Positions 18,413-27,583 of a stretch of DNA of 64,000 nt are shown one piece after another. The position numbers were made by a program, and so were the translations under genes. Each line of letters starts with the position of its first letter. The first letter of the stretch is position 1. This stretch comes from Sedimentisphaerales bacterium (GTDB lineage Bacteria; Planctomycetota; Phycisphaerae; Sedimentisphaerales; Anaerobacaceae). The notes below the pieces were generated by a model that did no database searches, was not told the DNA's origin, and saw nothing but the letters and a program-made list of their open reading frames with translations. The stretch spans positions 192,001 to 256,000 of the forward strand of contig JAXGYC010000009.1 of the NCBI GenBank assembly GCA_040772485.1, in the 5' to 3' direction.

Positions 18413-20593
18413 TCAGGCAATATCCGCCAGTCCGATGGAATCGCCGAATTTCGCCAGCAGGGTCTGACGGATACTGCGATTCTGAATCTGTGCGAGCATC
18501 GGATCGCGCGCCGCCAGCTCGAAGGCGTGTTTGCGCGCCATGACCAGCAGTTCGGAGTCATCGACGATATTGGCGATCTTCAGGTCGGGCAATCCGTGCT
18601 GGCGGGCGCTGAACAGCTCGCCCGGCCCGCGCAGGCGCAAGTCCTGCTCGGCGATCTCGAAGCCGTCGTGGGTGCGCGTCATCACGTCGAGCCGGCTGCG
18701 CGCGACTTCGTTCTCGGTCTCGGCGAACAGCAGGCAATAGGACTTGGATTCGCCTCGTCCGATCCGTCCTCGAAGCTGATGAAGCTGGGCCAGGCCGAAC
18801 CGGTCGGCCGCCTCGATAACCATGATCGTGGCGTTGGGGACATCGACGCCGACCTCGATCACCACGGTGGAGACCAGGGCGTCGATCCGGCCCTTGCGGA
18901 ACTCGGTCATGATGCGCTGCTTCTCCGCGGACGGCATCTGCCCGTGCAACAGCGCCACGTTGAACTCGGGAAAGATCTTCTCCGCCAGCTTCTTCCATGC
19001 GTCGGTGGCGGCTTCGATGTCCTTGCCTGTCTCTTCGACGGCGGCGATACGCGGATAGACGAAATACGCCTGCTTCCTGACCTTGAGGCGCTCGCGAATG
19101 AAGTCGTAGGCGTCCTTCTGGTGACGGCGGTCCACCCAGCGCGTGATGACGGCGCCTCGGCCGGGCGGGACGTGCCGGATGATCGAGACGTCGAGGTCGC
19201 CGAAGGCGGTCATCGCCAGCGTGCGCGGGATCGGCGTGGCGGTCATCACCAGGCAGTGTGGCGTGCCGTCCTTGCGAAGCTGGGCCCGCTGGTGCACGCC
19301 GAACTTGTGCTGTTCGTCGATCACGACCAGCCCGAGCCTGCGGAACTCGATGTCTTTCTGGAGCAGGGCGACGGTGCCCACGACGATGTCGATGTCACCG
19401 TGTTGAATCTGTTCGAGCAGATCCGTGCGTTTCCTGCCTGTCAGACCTCCGGTGATCAGGACGCGCCGGACGTGGCTGTTCTTGAGGTATCGCTCCATGC
19501 TGATGAAATGCTGCGAGGCCAGAATCTCGGTCGGCGCCATGATGGCGACCTGCGTCTTGTTGGCGACCGCCAGCAGAGCGGCGTAGAGCGCCACGACGGT
19601 CTTGCCCGAGCCGACGTCGCCCTGGAGCAGACGGTTCATTGGCTCGGTCCGGCTCATGTCCGCGACGATCTCGGCGATGCACTCGTTCTGGTCCTCGGTC
19701 AACAGGAACGGGAACCGTTTGCGAATCCGGCTGTCCACCTCGTCCGAGCAGGCGCAGGCAACGGCCGAGGAAAAGTGCTGGATCCGATAGCGCCGCAACG
19801 CCAATCCGAGCTGCATCAGGAACAGCTCGTCGTACTTGAGACGGCGCCGGGCCTGGGCGAGTTTCTCCTCATCGGGCGGCATGTGGATCCACGCGAACGC
19901 CTCGCGGCGCCCGATCAGGCGATTTCGCTTGCGGAAGTCGTCCTCGTAGAACTCGCAGACGAGATCGTCGAGCCGTTCGAGCAGCGGGACGATGATGCGC
20001 TTGATCTGGGCGCTGGACAGATTGGCGGAAGCGGGATAGACGCCACCGCTGAAATACAGATCAGGCTGCGTGTGCGCCTCGTCGAGCACCATGAACTTCG
20101 GGTTGGTCATCTGAAGCTGGTGCTTGAAGAGCGTGACTTTGCCCGAGAGCATGACGACCTGGCCCGGCTGGAGCTGGTTGCGCAGGTAGCCGCCGTGAAA
20201 CCAGACCACGCGGCAGGTGCTCGTGTCGTCGCTGACCATCGCCTCGAAGATCGGCGGCCGACGATAGTTCTGATAGTCGGTGGACTCAACCAGGGCGATC
20301 ACGCTGGCGGTTTCGTTGGGCTGTAGCCGGGCGATCTTCACCGGGCTCGGCGCGAAGACCCAGTCGCGCGGATAGTACTCCAGTAGATCGCCGACCGTGT
20401 TCACGCCGAGCTGGGCGAAGGTCTTGGCGCGGGCGGGGCCGACCCCCTTGACGTACTGAACGGGCGTCGTGGGAGTGAGCGGGCCTCGGTCGTGACTATC
20501 CTCGTGCCCCTCGGTCCACAGAGGCTCGAACCCTGGCGCGCCATGCGCATCGGCCGATGCCGATTCTGTTTGTGGGTGTTCTCCAGCGTTCAT
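18413..20593 (-). CDS. recG: ATP-dependent DNA helicase RecG
   Basis: [42 protein letters not shown]; the ORF track extension upstream of ~20600 overlaps pcm and is spurious. Confidence 0.96.
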   Translation of the reverse strand: MNAGEHPQTESASADAHGAPGFEPLWTEGHEDSHDRGPLTPTTPVQYVKGVGPARAKTFAQLGVNTVGDLLEYYPRDWVFAPSPVKIARLQPNETASVIALVESTDYQNYRRPPIFEAMVSDDTSTCRVVWFHGGYLRNQLQPGQVVMLSGKVTLFKHQLQMTNPKFMVLDEAHTQPDLYFSGGVYPASANLSSAQIKRIIVPLLERLDDLVCEFYEDDFRKRNRLIGRREAFAWIHMPPDEEKLAQARRRLKYDELFLMQLGLALRRYRIQHFSSAVACACSDEVDSRIRKRFPFLLTEDQNECIAEIVADMSRTEPMNRLLQGDVGSGKTVVALYAALLAVANKTQVAIMAPTEILASQHFISMERYLKNSHVRRVLITGGLTGRKRTDLLEQIQHGDIDIVVGTVALLQKDIEFRRLGLVVIDEQHKFGVHQRAQLRKDGTPHCLVMTATPIPRTLAMTAFGDLDVSIIRHVPPGRGAVITRWVDRRHQKDAYDFIRERLKVRKQAYFVYPRIAAVEETGKDIEAATDAWKKLAEKIFPEFNVALLHGQMPSAEKQRIMTEFRKGRIDALVSTVVIEVGVDVPNATIMVIEAADRFGLAQLHQLRGRIGRGESKSYCLLFAETENEVARSRLDVMTRTHDGFEIAEQDLRLRGPGELFSARQHGLPDLKIANIVDDSELLVMARKHAFELAARDPMLAQIQNRSIRQTLLAKFGDSIGLADIA

Positions 20594-20643
20594 TGCAGGG
20601 ATCATCTTATCCGCTTTTGGGCCGGTCGGCCAGCGGGACTTGC

Positions 20644-21306
20644 TCACTGGCTGAAACCGTGTTCGCCGATGAGCCGGACGAAACGGCAGCCGCAGACGTG
20701 CCGCTCGATCAGCTTGCCGTGGACTCTCTCCGCGATGACCAGCGCCTGGGTCGAGCCGCAGCCGACCGGTGCGACGATCACGCCGCCTTCGACGAGCTGC
20801 GCCAGCACCGGCGCCGGCCAGTCGGGCGCGGCTGCGGTCAGAAGGATGCGATCGAAGGTGCGCGGCACGGGCCAGCCGGCGCTGCCGTCCCCGACACGGA
20901 ACTCCACGTTGTCGATGCCCAGCTTTTCCAACACTCCCCTGGCGGCGGACGACAATTCTTCGAGCTTCTCGATGGTGTAGACCCTTCCCGCCAGGCGCGC
21001 CAGGATGGCGGTCTGGTAACCGCTGCCTGTGCCGATTTCGAGAACCATGCAGTTGCGATCCAGCCGCAGCAGTTGCGTCATCAGAGCGACGATGTAGGGC
21101 TGTGAGATCGTCTGGCCCGAGCCGATCGGCAGGGGGCCGTCCACATAGGCCTGCGAATGGTAGCCGTCCGGGACGAATACCTCGCGCGGGACCTCCATCA
21201 TGACTCGCAGAACGTCCGGGTCGGCGATATCCCGGCCCTGCAGATCGTTCCGGAGCATCCGCTGCCTGGCCTGATCGAGCATGTCCTGGTCGCGTTGTCT
21301 GTCCAT
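20644..21306 (-). CDS. pcm: Protein-L-isoaspartate O-methyltransferase
   Basis: [41 protein letters not shown]. Confidence 0.95.
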   Translation of the reverse strand: MDRQRDQDMLDQARQRMLRNDLQGRDIADPDVLRVMMEVPREVFVPDGYHSQAYVDGPLPIGSGQTISQPYIVALMTQLLRLDRNCMVLEIGTGSGYQTAILARLAGRVYTIEKLEELSSAARGVLEKLGIDNVEFRVGDGSAGWPVPRTFDRILLTAAAPDWPAPVLAQLVEGGVIVAPVGCGSTQALVIAERVHGKLIERHVCGCRFVRLIGEHGFSQ

Positions 21307-21360
21307 GCGGTTCGCTGTGGCCTTCGTGCGCCCTTTCCACCCCACGGTTTTACGTTGGTT

Positions 21361-22101
21361 TCAGAACAGCAGTTTGATCGCCGCGGCGGCCGCCAGGATC
21401 TGCATGACGGCGTTGAACGCCTTCTGCGGGATGCGTCGCAGCAGGAAGATGCCGAGGACGGCGCCGAGGGCGATGACCGGCAGCATCATCAGGTCGAGTG
21501 TGAGCGATTCGCGGGTCATGATGTCGAGGTTCATGCTGAACGGGACCTTGAGCCAGTTGACGACGAAGAAGAACCACGCGCTGGTGCCGACGAAGGCGAC
21601 CTTGGGCAGCTTCATAGCCAGCAGGTAGATCACCATGATCGGTCCGGCGGCGTTGGCCATCATGCTGGTCAGACCCGCGACGAAGCCCAGGGCGGCGGCA
21701 AACCACCACTGCGTCGGGATGTGCAGGTCTTCGTTCTGGCTCCGGGTTCGCCAGTAGTTCAGCGTCAGCATGACGAGCACGATCACGCCGATGATCGGCT
21801 TGAGCTGGCGGTCGTTGATGACCCTCAGCGCGAAGAATCCGGCGACGATGCCGGCAAACGCCGCAGGCAGCAGGCGGATCATGTGAGACCACTCCGCGTT
21901 GCGCCGGTGATAGGCGGCCGCGAAGAGGTCGCCGAGGATGAGAATGCCCAGCAGCAGACCCACCGACTCCTGAGCGGGGAACACCAGCGCCATCAGGATC
22001 GTCGGCAGGATGCCCACGCCCGGTATCCCGGTCTTGGAGATGCCGACGATGAGGGCTGAGAGTGTGACCACGAACCATGCGATGGGTTCCAATTCGGGCA
22101 T
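21361..22101 (-). CDS. Sulfite exporter TauE/SafE family membrane protein
   Basis: GISKTGIPG, ANAAGP, multi-TM with internal repeat. Confidence 0.85.
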   Translation of the reverse strand: MPELEPIAWFVVTLSALIVGISKTGIPGVGILPTILMALVFPAQESVGLLLGILILGDLFAAAYHRRNAEWSHMIRLLPAAFAGIVAGFFALRVINDRQLKPIIGVIVLVMLTLNYWRTRSQNEDLHIPTQWWFAAALGFVAGLTSMMANAAGPIMVIYLLAMKLPKVAFVGTSAWFFFVVNWLKVPFSMNLDIMTRESLTLDLMMLPVIALGAVLGIFLLRRIPQKAFNAVMQILAAAAAIKLLF

Positions 22102-22266
22102 TCCTTATTCCTGCATAAGCGGCCATTATACTCCACCTGTGTGGGTCGTGCACTGTAGCGGTTTTGCCCCGCCGCCGCAAGCTGCTTCCTATCCCGCCCG
22201 GCTGATGGTATGATGGGGATTGCGTATGGCAACCGACCGCACCAACGCGAATTCAGGAGGTATGAC

Positions 22267-22905
22267 ATGAAAGCGAACAAGGCGCTGTATCTCGGTCTGG
22301 CGATCCTCGTCGGCGGCTGCGTTCCGGTGATTTCCCTGCAGCCGCTGTTCACGAAGGACACCCTGTTCTTCGACGAACACCTGCTCGGAACGTGGGTGGA
22401 AAACCCCAGTGACACCAGCAGCGCCTGGGTGTTCACGCGTCTCGGACAGGGCGACGCCGACACGCTGCCCGAGGCGCTCAAGGATAGCGCCGACAAGGTC
22501 TACCACTTGGGCCTGACCGATCCGGAAGGACGCAAGGGGTCGTTCTTTGCCTGTCTGGTGAAGCTCGACAGCAACGTATTCCTGGACATCTTCCCCGATG
22601 TGCTGCCCTCGGGACAGGGCGATCCCGAGAAGGCGGAGCTGTTCTACAACGCCTTCCTCTTCGTGCGGGCCCACACCTTCGTCAAGGTGGATCTCAGCGG
22701 CAATCGCATGTCGATGTGGCTGACCAACGACGACAAGATCAACGGCCTGCTCGAATCGCGGCCGAGCCCGATCGCCTACGAATCGGTCGACGACCGGCCC
22801 ATCCTGACAGCCTCGACGAAGGACCTCCAGGCGTTCGTCTCGCACTACGCCGGCGACGACCGCGTCTTCGCCGACGAGATCATCCTGGAGCGCCGCCCGC
22901 AGTAA
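22267..22905 (+). CDS. Hypothetical lipoprotein
   Basis: AGGAGG RBS; MKANKALYLGLAILVGG|C lipobox. Confidence 0.7.
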   Translation: MKANKALYLGLAILVGGCVPVISLQPLFTKDTLFFDEHLLGTWVENPSDTSSAWVFTRLGQGDADTLPEALKDSADKVYHLGLTDPEGRKGSFFACLVKLDSNVFLDIFPDVLPSGQGDPEKAELFYNAFLFVRAHTFVKVDLSGNRMSMWLTNDDKINGLLESRPSPIAYESVDDRPILTASTKDLQAFVSHYAGDDRVFADEIILERRPQ

Positions 22906-22920
22906 GCGCAGCCCGGCGTC

Positions 22921-23679
22921 TCAATAGTCTTTGAACTTCCGCATCCGTTGCGGCCAATCTGCCAGCTGCACGCCGCCGGCCTGCGTCCATGGGCCGGACG
23001 TGTCGTACTGGCGATGCCACTTGAACGTCCAGTGTTCCTTGAGGCCCACCTTGCGAACCGACCAGTCCATGAACAGCATGTTGGTCCCGCTGTTGTGCCG
23101 ATTGATGCAGATCCGTGACATCATACACATCGCGTCCCAGCCCTCGTACTTCGGCGGTGGATCGTGATGGTCCGGTTTCACGACCTGGTCAGCACTGTCG
23201 AAGAACGCCGGCACATTGCCGGTGCCTCTCATGTCAGATACACGCCAGCCCGGATTCTCGGCGCCGATCCAGATCCATTCGTTGAGACCGTAGCTGCGTG
23301 TGCCGTGAGCAATGTCGTCAGGATATCTCGTCACCACCATCGCGTGAAAGGCATCGCCGCAGCCTTTCGGCTCACCGGGCAGAGGCTTCCGCGCCGAAGG
23401 ACATAGTACGTAGGGCCGGACCGCGCTTTTGTAGTCACGGTCGGCTGCCGTCTGTAGGGCCCGGTCGACACTCAACCCACCGTCCTCAGGAACTTGCATG
23501 GCGAACAGGATGCCCCACTGATGCAGGTTGGACTGGCAGACCGCGGACTGAGCCTGTTTACGGGCGCGCGCCGGCGCCGGCAGCAGCAGGGCCATCAGCA
23601 TCACGATGATGGAGATGACAACGAGCAGTTCGATCAGGGTGAAAGCCCGGTCGGCTCTGATTGACCTTCTCGCGCCCAT
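22921..23679 (-). CDS. Prepilin-type N-terminal cleavage/methylation protein (possibly degenerating)
   Basis: [34 protein letters not shown]. Confidence 0.85.
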   Translation of the reverse strand: MGARRSIRADRAFTLIELLVVISIIVMLMALLLPAPARARKQAQSAVCQSNLHQWGILFAMQVPEDGGLSVDRALQTAADRDYKSAVRPYVLCPSARKPLPGEPKGCGDAFHAMVVTRYPDDIAHGTRSYGLNEWIWIGAENPGWRVSDMRGTGNVPAFFDSADQVVKPDHHDPPPKYEGWDAMCMMSRICINRHNSGTNMLFMDWSVRKVGLKEHWTFKWHRQYDTSGPWTQAGGVQLADWPQRMRKFKDY

Positions 23680-23825
23680 GGCCTGTGCTCTCCTTCCGGC
23701 ACAAAGGAGTCTGGCGCGGCATTGCCTTCTGGTGGTGTCCGGCCGCTGGTGTCGTCGCTATTCGTTGTCCAGTATCGCGTTGCGGACGCGTCTGTCAAGC
23801 GCAAACCGGAAGGTCGCGTAGGACC

Positions 23826-24112
23826 GGGTGCACTGCGTATTTGCAGGTAGGTTCGTGCCAAGGCCAGGAAGGGGGTTCTGCCATCTCGGAGAGCGTGGCG
23901 GATGTCATTTCGACCAAGAGCCTGCCCCTTCAACTGCGTTCAGGGCAGGCTATGAGCGAAGTCGAATGGTGCGAAACCCGCACGGAGAAATCTGGCCGAG
24001 GATAGGGCAATGTCCCATTCGCGGCCAGATTCCTCCACTGCGCTCCGGTCGGAATGACAAAGTCGATTGCCGCACCCCGGTGAGGATCTACCCACAAGTG
24101 TGAAGTGCACCC
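23826..24112. mobile_element. MITE-like non-autonomous element with a nested palindrome
   Basis: 29-bp imperfect TIRs starting GGGTGCACT (21/29 match); flanking 9-bp direct repeat CGTAGGACC/CGCAGGACC. Confidence 0.5.
23903..24059. repeat. REP-like multi-stem palindrome (TGTCATTTCGACC...GGTCGGAATGACA)
   Basis: Outer 13-bp IR; inner IRs GGAGAAATCTGGCCG/CGGCCAGATTCCTCC and AGCCTGCCC/GGGCAGGCT. Confidence 0.75.
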
Positions 24113-24145
24113 CGCAGGACCTGTTGGTGAATCACAAGTGCAGGC

Positions 24146-24237
24146 CGGGTGGCAGCCTCAAGGCGCAGTGAAACGGAGCCTTGGGGATGGTACGCGTGAA
24201 CGAGCCATCCCCAAGCTGCGCTTGAGGCTGCCACCCG
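24146..24237. repeat. Long REP-like hairpin upstream of nadB
   Basis: CGGGTGGCAGCCTCAAG/CTTGAGGCTGCCACCCG and CTTGGGGATGG/CCATCCCCAAG stems. Confidence 0.75.
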
Positions 24238-24392
24238 CCATCTGCGAGAACGGGTGCAGGCGCCAGGACTCGGGATTCTTGCGGGTTTGCAGGACGGGGG
24301 TTTTTCGGTATGATGACGGGTCTTTACCTGTGAAGGTATTTGTCTTTTGCAGCTTTTCGTTGGAGCGGCTGATTCTGGAAGGCCATGGGATC

Positions 24393-26051
24393 ATGAAGCA
24401 AGGCAACAAGAGCAAGGGCACGACCGAGGCCGAACGGGTCCGTTTCGGCGAGCCCAGGCGGTATCTCGTCGACGTGGACTCGATCTCGACCAACCAGCTC
24501 TTCACCGACTGTGTGATCGTGGGGGCGGGTCTGGCGGGTTTGCGGGCGGCGATCGAGGCCGCCGACCATCGCAACGTCATGGTGGTCTGCAAGGGCACTC
24601 TCGAGGACAGCAACACGTGGAAGGCCCAGGGCGGCATCGCCTCGGTGCTCGGCGAGGATGACACCTTCGAAGCGCACATCGCGGACACGTTCAAGACCGG
24701 AGGCGGCGTCTGCGACGAGCAGATCGTCAAGCTCGTGGTTCAGCAGGGCCCCGAACTGGTCCGCCAATTGCAGCAGTGGGGCACCGCGTTCGACCTGGTC
24801 GACGGCCAGATCGACATCACGCTCGAGGGCGGCCACTCCCGCGCGCGGATCCTGCACGCGCACGGCGACGAGACGGGGCGGGCGATTGCCGAGGCGCTGA
24901 TCGACAAGGTGCGGACCACGCCGAACATCAAGGTCATCGAGAATTTCTACACCATCGACCTGCTGACGGATGAGGCCCATCGCTGCGTCGGCATCATCGG
25001 GTGCGACCGGCCTCGCGGCCTGCAGATTCTCTGGGCGGCCAACACGATCCTCGCCAGCGGCGGCGGCGGGCAGTTGTATCGCGAGACGACGAACCCGCCG
25101 GGAGCGACCACCGACGGCGTCGCGATGGCCTACCGGGCCGGGGCGGTGCTGCGGGACGTGGAGTTCGTGCAGTTTCACCCGACGACGCTGTACGTCGCGG
25201 GCGCGTCGCGCGCGCTGATCACCGAGACCCTGCGCGGGGAGGGCGCGTACCTGCTGGATGTGAACGGGCATCGCTTCATGACCGAATACGACGCGGCGGG
25301 CGAACTGGCGCCGCGCGACGTGGTGAGCCGCGCGATTCTGGACCAGATGCGCAAGACCGAATCGACGCACGTGTTCCTCGACGTGCGGCACCTGAACAAG
25401 GAGTATTTTGCCAAGCGGTTCCCGATGATCAGCGACCTGTGCGAGAGCTTCGACATCGACGTCAGCCACGACCTGATCCCGGTGCGGCCCAGCGCGCACT
25501 ACATGGTCGGCGGCGTTCTGACCGATGTGAGCGCGCGGACGAGCATCGAGAATCTCTACGCCTGCGGGGAGGTCGCCTCGACCGGGCTGCACGGCGCCAA
25601 CCGGCTGGGCAGCAATTCGCTGCTGGAAGGGCTGGTCTTCGGGACCATCGCCGGCCGGCAGGTGGGGCAGAAGGCCCCGGCCGACGTCGCCGGCCTGAAG
25701 CACCCGCTCATCAAGTACCAGATTCCGCACTCCGACCGCAGCCATCTCGACGCCGCCGACGTGCGCAACAGCCTGCGCGCCCTGATGTGGCGCAACGTGG
25801 GCATCACGCGGACCGCCCAGCCGCTGGCCGAGGCGCAGGAGATCATCCGCTTCTGGCATCGCTACGTGATGGACAAGATCTTCGACTCGCCCGAAGGCTG
25901 GGAATGCCAGAACCTGCTGACCACCTCGCTGCTGGTCACCCACGCCGCCGAGCTGCGGAAGGAGAGCCGCGGCGTCCACTACCGGACGGACCATCCCAAG
26001 ACGGATGATGCGCATTTCCGCAAGCACATCGAGATCGTCAAGGCCAACTGA
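24393..26051 (+). CDS. nadB: L-aspartate oxidase
   Basis: IVGAGLAGL, AQGGIA, LEGGHSRARILH, QFHPT, HYMVGG, GLHGANRLGSNSLLE. Confidence 0.95.
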   Translation: MKQGNKSKGTTEAERVRFGEPRRYLVDVDSISTNQLFTDCVIVGAGLAGLRAAIEAADHRNVMVVCKGTLEDSNTWKAQGGIASVLGEDDTFEAHIADTFKTGGGVCDEQIVKLVVQQGPELVRQLQQWGTAFDLVDGQIDITLEGGHSRARILHAHGDETGRAIAEALIDKVRTTPNIKVIENFYTIDLLTDEAHRCVGIIGCDRPRGLQILWAANTILASGGGGQLYRETTNPPGATTDGVAMAYRAGAVLRDVEFVQFHPTTLYVAGASRALITETLRGEGAYLLDVNGHRFMTEYDAAGELAPRDVVSRAILDQMRKTESTHVFLDVRHLNKEYFAKRFPMISDLCESFDIDVSHDLIPVRPSAHYMVGGVLTDVSARTSIENLYACGEVASTGLHGANRLGSNSLLEGLVFGTIAGRQVGQKAPADVAGLKHPLIKYQIPHSDRSHLDAADVRNSLRALMWRNVGITRTAQPLAEAQEIIRFWHRYVMDKIFDSPEGWECQNLLTTSLLVTHAAELRKESRGVHYRTDHPKTDDAHFRKHIEIVKAN

Positions 26052-26065
26052 GTCCGTCGCAACCA

Positions 26066-26809
26066 CTATGCGGCCGGAAGACGCTCGGGGTCCACTCCGA
26101 ACGGCGCCAGGTGTTTCGGCTGCATGGGGACCTCTTTGTGTATCTTTCGAAGCGCGTTGGGGCTCTCGATCGCGTTACGCAGGTTCTGCTCGTGAATGAC
26201 CTGGAGCCAGTAGGGGATGTCCTTGATGGGGCACCGGGGCACGTCGGCCGGGATCTGATTGTGCCGCCACTGCCAGATCGTTTGCGGGGCCTGTCCATCC
26301 TCCACCAGCGTGGGGCAATTGTTGTACCAGTACTCCATGAGCCATCCCCGGCGTGCGCCCAGGTCGAAGATCATTCCGAAGGGAAACACCATGACCCAGG
26401 GACGGGCGAGCTTCTCACGGTTCTGACGGTAGGTTTCGTGCAACGCGGCTACCGCATCGCGGTGAAAGGCGTCGTCGTTGTCGATGCGGGTCGTCAGCAG
26501 ATCGTAGGCCCCCGGCTCCACACCGCTCAGCCATGCGTTGGCGCCGCGCACAGGGAAGATAAGCTTCATGTTCGTCCGGCAGAGGCGCTCCATCGTCTGA
26601 ACGTGCGCATCCGGCGTTCGCGAGTCCATCATAATCCGCCAAGCGAAATCCTGGCAGCTCTGTGCGGCGATCGACGGCAGCGTAAAGGCCTCGAACAGAC
26701 GCAGACGGTGCTCCATCCAGGCATTGGGTTCGAGGCGCGCCTTCGTCTTCGGGCCATACAGGTCGACGTTGAAACGCGTCAGGATCAGGTGTTGGAACAG
26801 TTTTGTCAT
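26066..26809 (-). CDS. Putative glycosyltransferase (rhamnosyltransferase-like)
   Basis: HLILTRFN, RLRLFEAFTLPSIAAQS..DF.W, TTRIDNDDA, LQVIHEQN. Confidence 0.75.
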   Translation of the reverse strand: MTKLFQHLILTRFNVDLYGPKTKARLEPNAWMEHRLRLFEAFTLPSIAAQSCQDFAWRIMMDSRTPDAHVQTMERLCRTNMKLIFPVRGANAWLSGVEPGAYDLLTTRIDNDDAFHRDAVAALHETYRQNREKLARPWVMVFPFGMIFDLGARRGWLMEYWYNNCPTLVEDGQAPQTIWQWRHNQIPADVPRCPIKDIPYWLQVIHEQNLRNAIESPNALRKIHKEVPMQPKHLAPFGVDPERLPAA

Positions 26810-27020
26810 AACGTGCGACGCCGATTGTTGCCTCGATCTTCTCCTTCGGGCGATGAGGCAATGTGGCGGCGATAGAAATCGTGCCAACGTGCGCGGGCGT
26901 AGTGTAGAGACCTGCCCCCTGTTCCGTCAAGGCCGATAGGGACGGTCCGTTTGCCGTGTGCCCGTGACGGCATGTTATTCGCGGGCAGTAGCGTCTTACG
27001 ACGCCACGACGAAGCGCCAC

Positions 27021-27049
27021 TGGAAAAGACTTCGTCATAGTGGTACAAT
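27021..27049 (+). promoter_or_regulatory. Putative rnpB promoter
   Basis: TGGAAA-17 nt-TACAAT with extended -10 TGn. Confidence 0.5.
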
Positions 27050-27110
27050 GCGAGTTGGCCTTGGGCCAGATAATCAACAGTCAATTATCAATTCGGAACT
27101 GGTTCATTCC

Positions 27111-27526
27111 GAGAGTGGGTTGGGCGGTCGCTCTGCATCGCTTCGTGCGAGGCAGGGAGGAAAGTCCGAGCAGGAAGGGGCACGGTGGTGGCTAACGGCC
27201 ACCGGGGGCGACCCCAGGGAAAGTGCCACAGAAAACACACGGCCGATGGCCCTTCGGGGCACAGGCAAAGGTGAAAAGGTGCGGTAAGAGCGCACCGCGA
27301 CGGCGGCGACGTCGTCGGCAGGGTAAACCCCACCGCCTGCAAGACCAAGCAGCCGGTCGACTTCGGTCGCACTTGGCCCGGGTGTGAGTCCGCCGCAGGC
27401 GGCTCGGCCGGCGGGTAGGTCGCGTCCCGTTTCGGCGGGAGAGCCGGTCGGCAACGGCCGGTCCAGACAAATGATCGCCGCCCGCCCTCGCGGCGGGTAC
27501 AGAACTCGGCTTACAGACCCACTCTC
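27111..27526 (+). ncRNA. rnpB: RNase P RNA (bacterial type A)
   Basis: GAGGAAAGTCC, GAAAGTGCCACAGAAA, GGTAAACCCC, ACAGAACTCGGCTTA; P1 GAGAGTGGGT/ACCCACTCTC. Confidence 0.97.
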
Positions 27527-27543
27527 GGAATGAACCGTCTCCT

Positions 27544-27583
27544 GTAGGGGCGATCCGCCTCTGGCGGAATTATTCGCCCCTGC
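27544..27583. repeat. GTAG-type REP (family B) with nested mini-palindrome, overlapping the sialidase stop
   Basis: GTAGGGGCGA-[TCCGCCTCTGGCGGA]-ATTATTCGCCCCTGC. Confidence 0.65.

Noticed and set aside
18413..21340. 975-aa ORF suggesting a long N-terminal extension or fusion on RecG
   Set aside because: The extension is an off-frame reading of pcm (Arg/Ala-rich, no motifs); RecG homology starts near 20480
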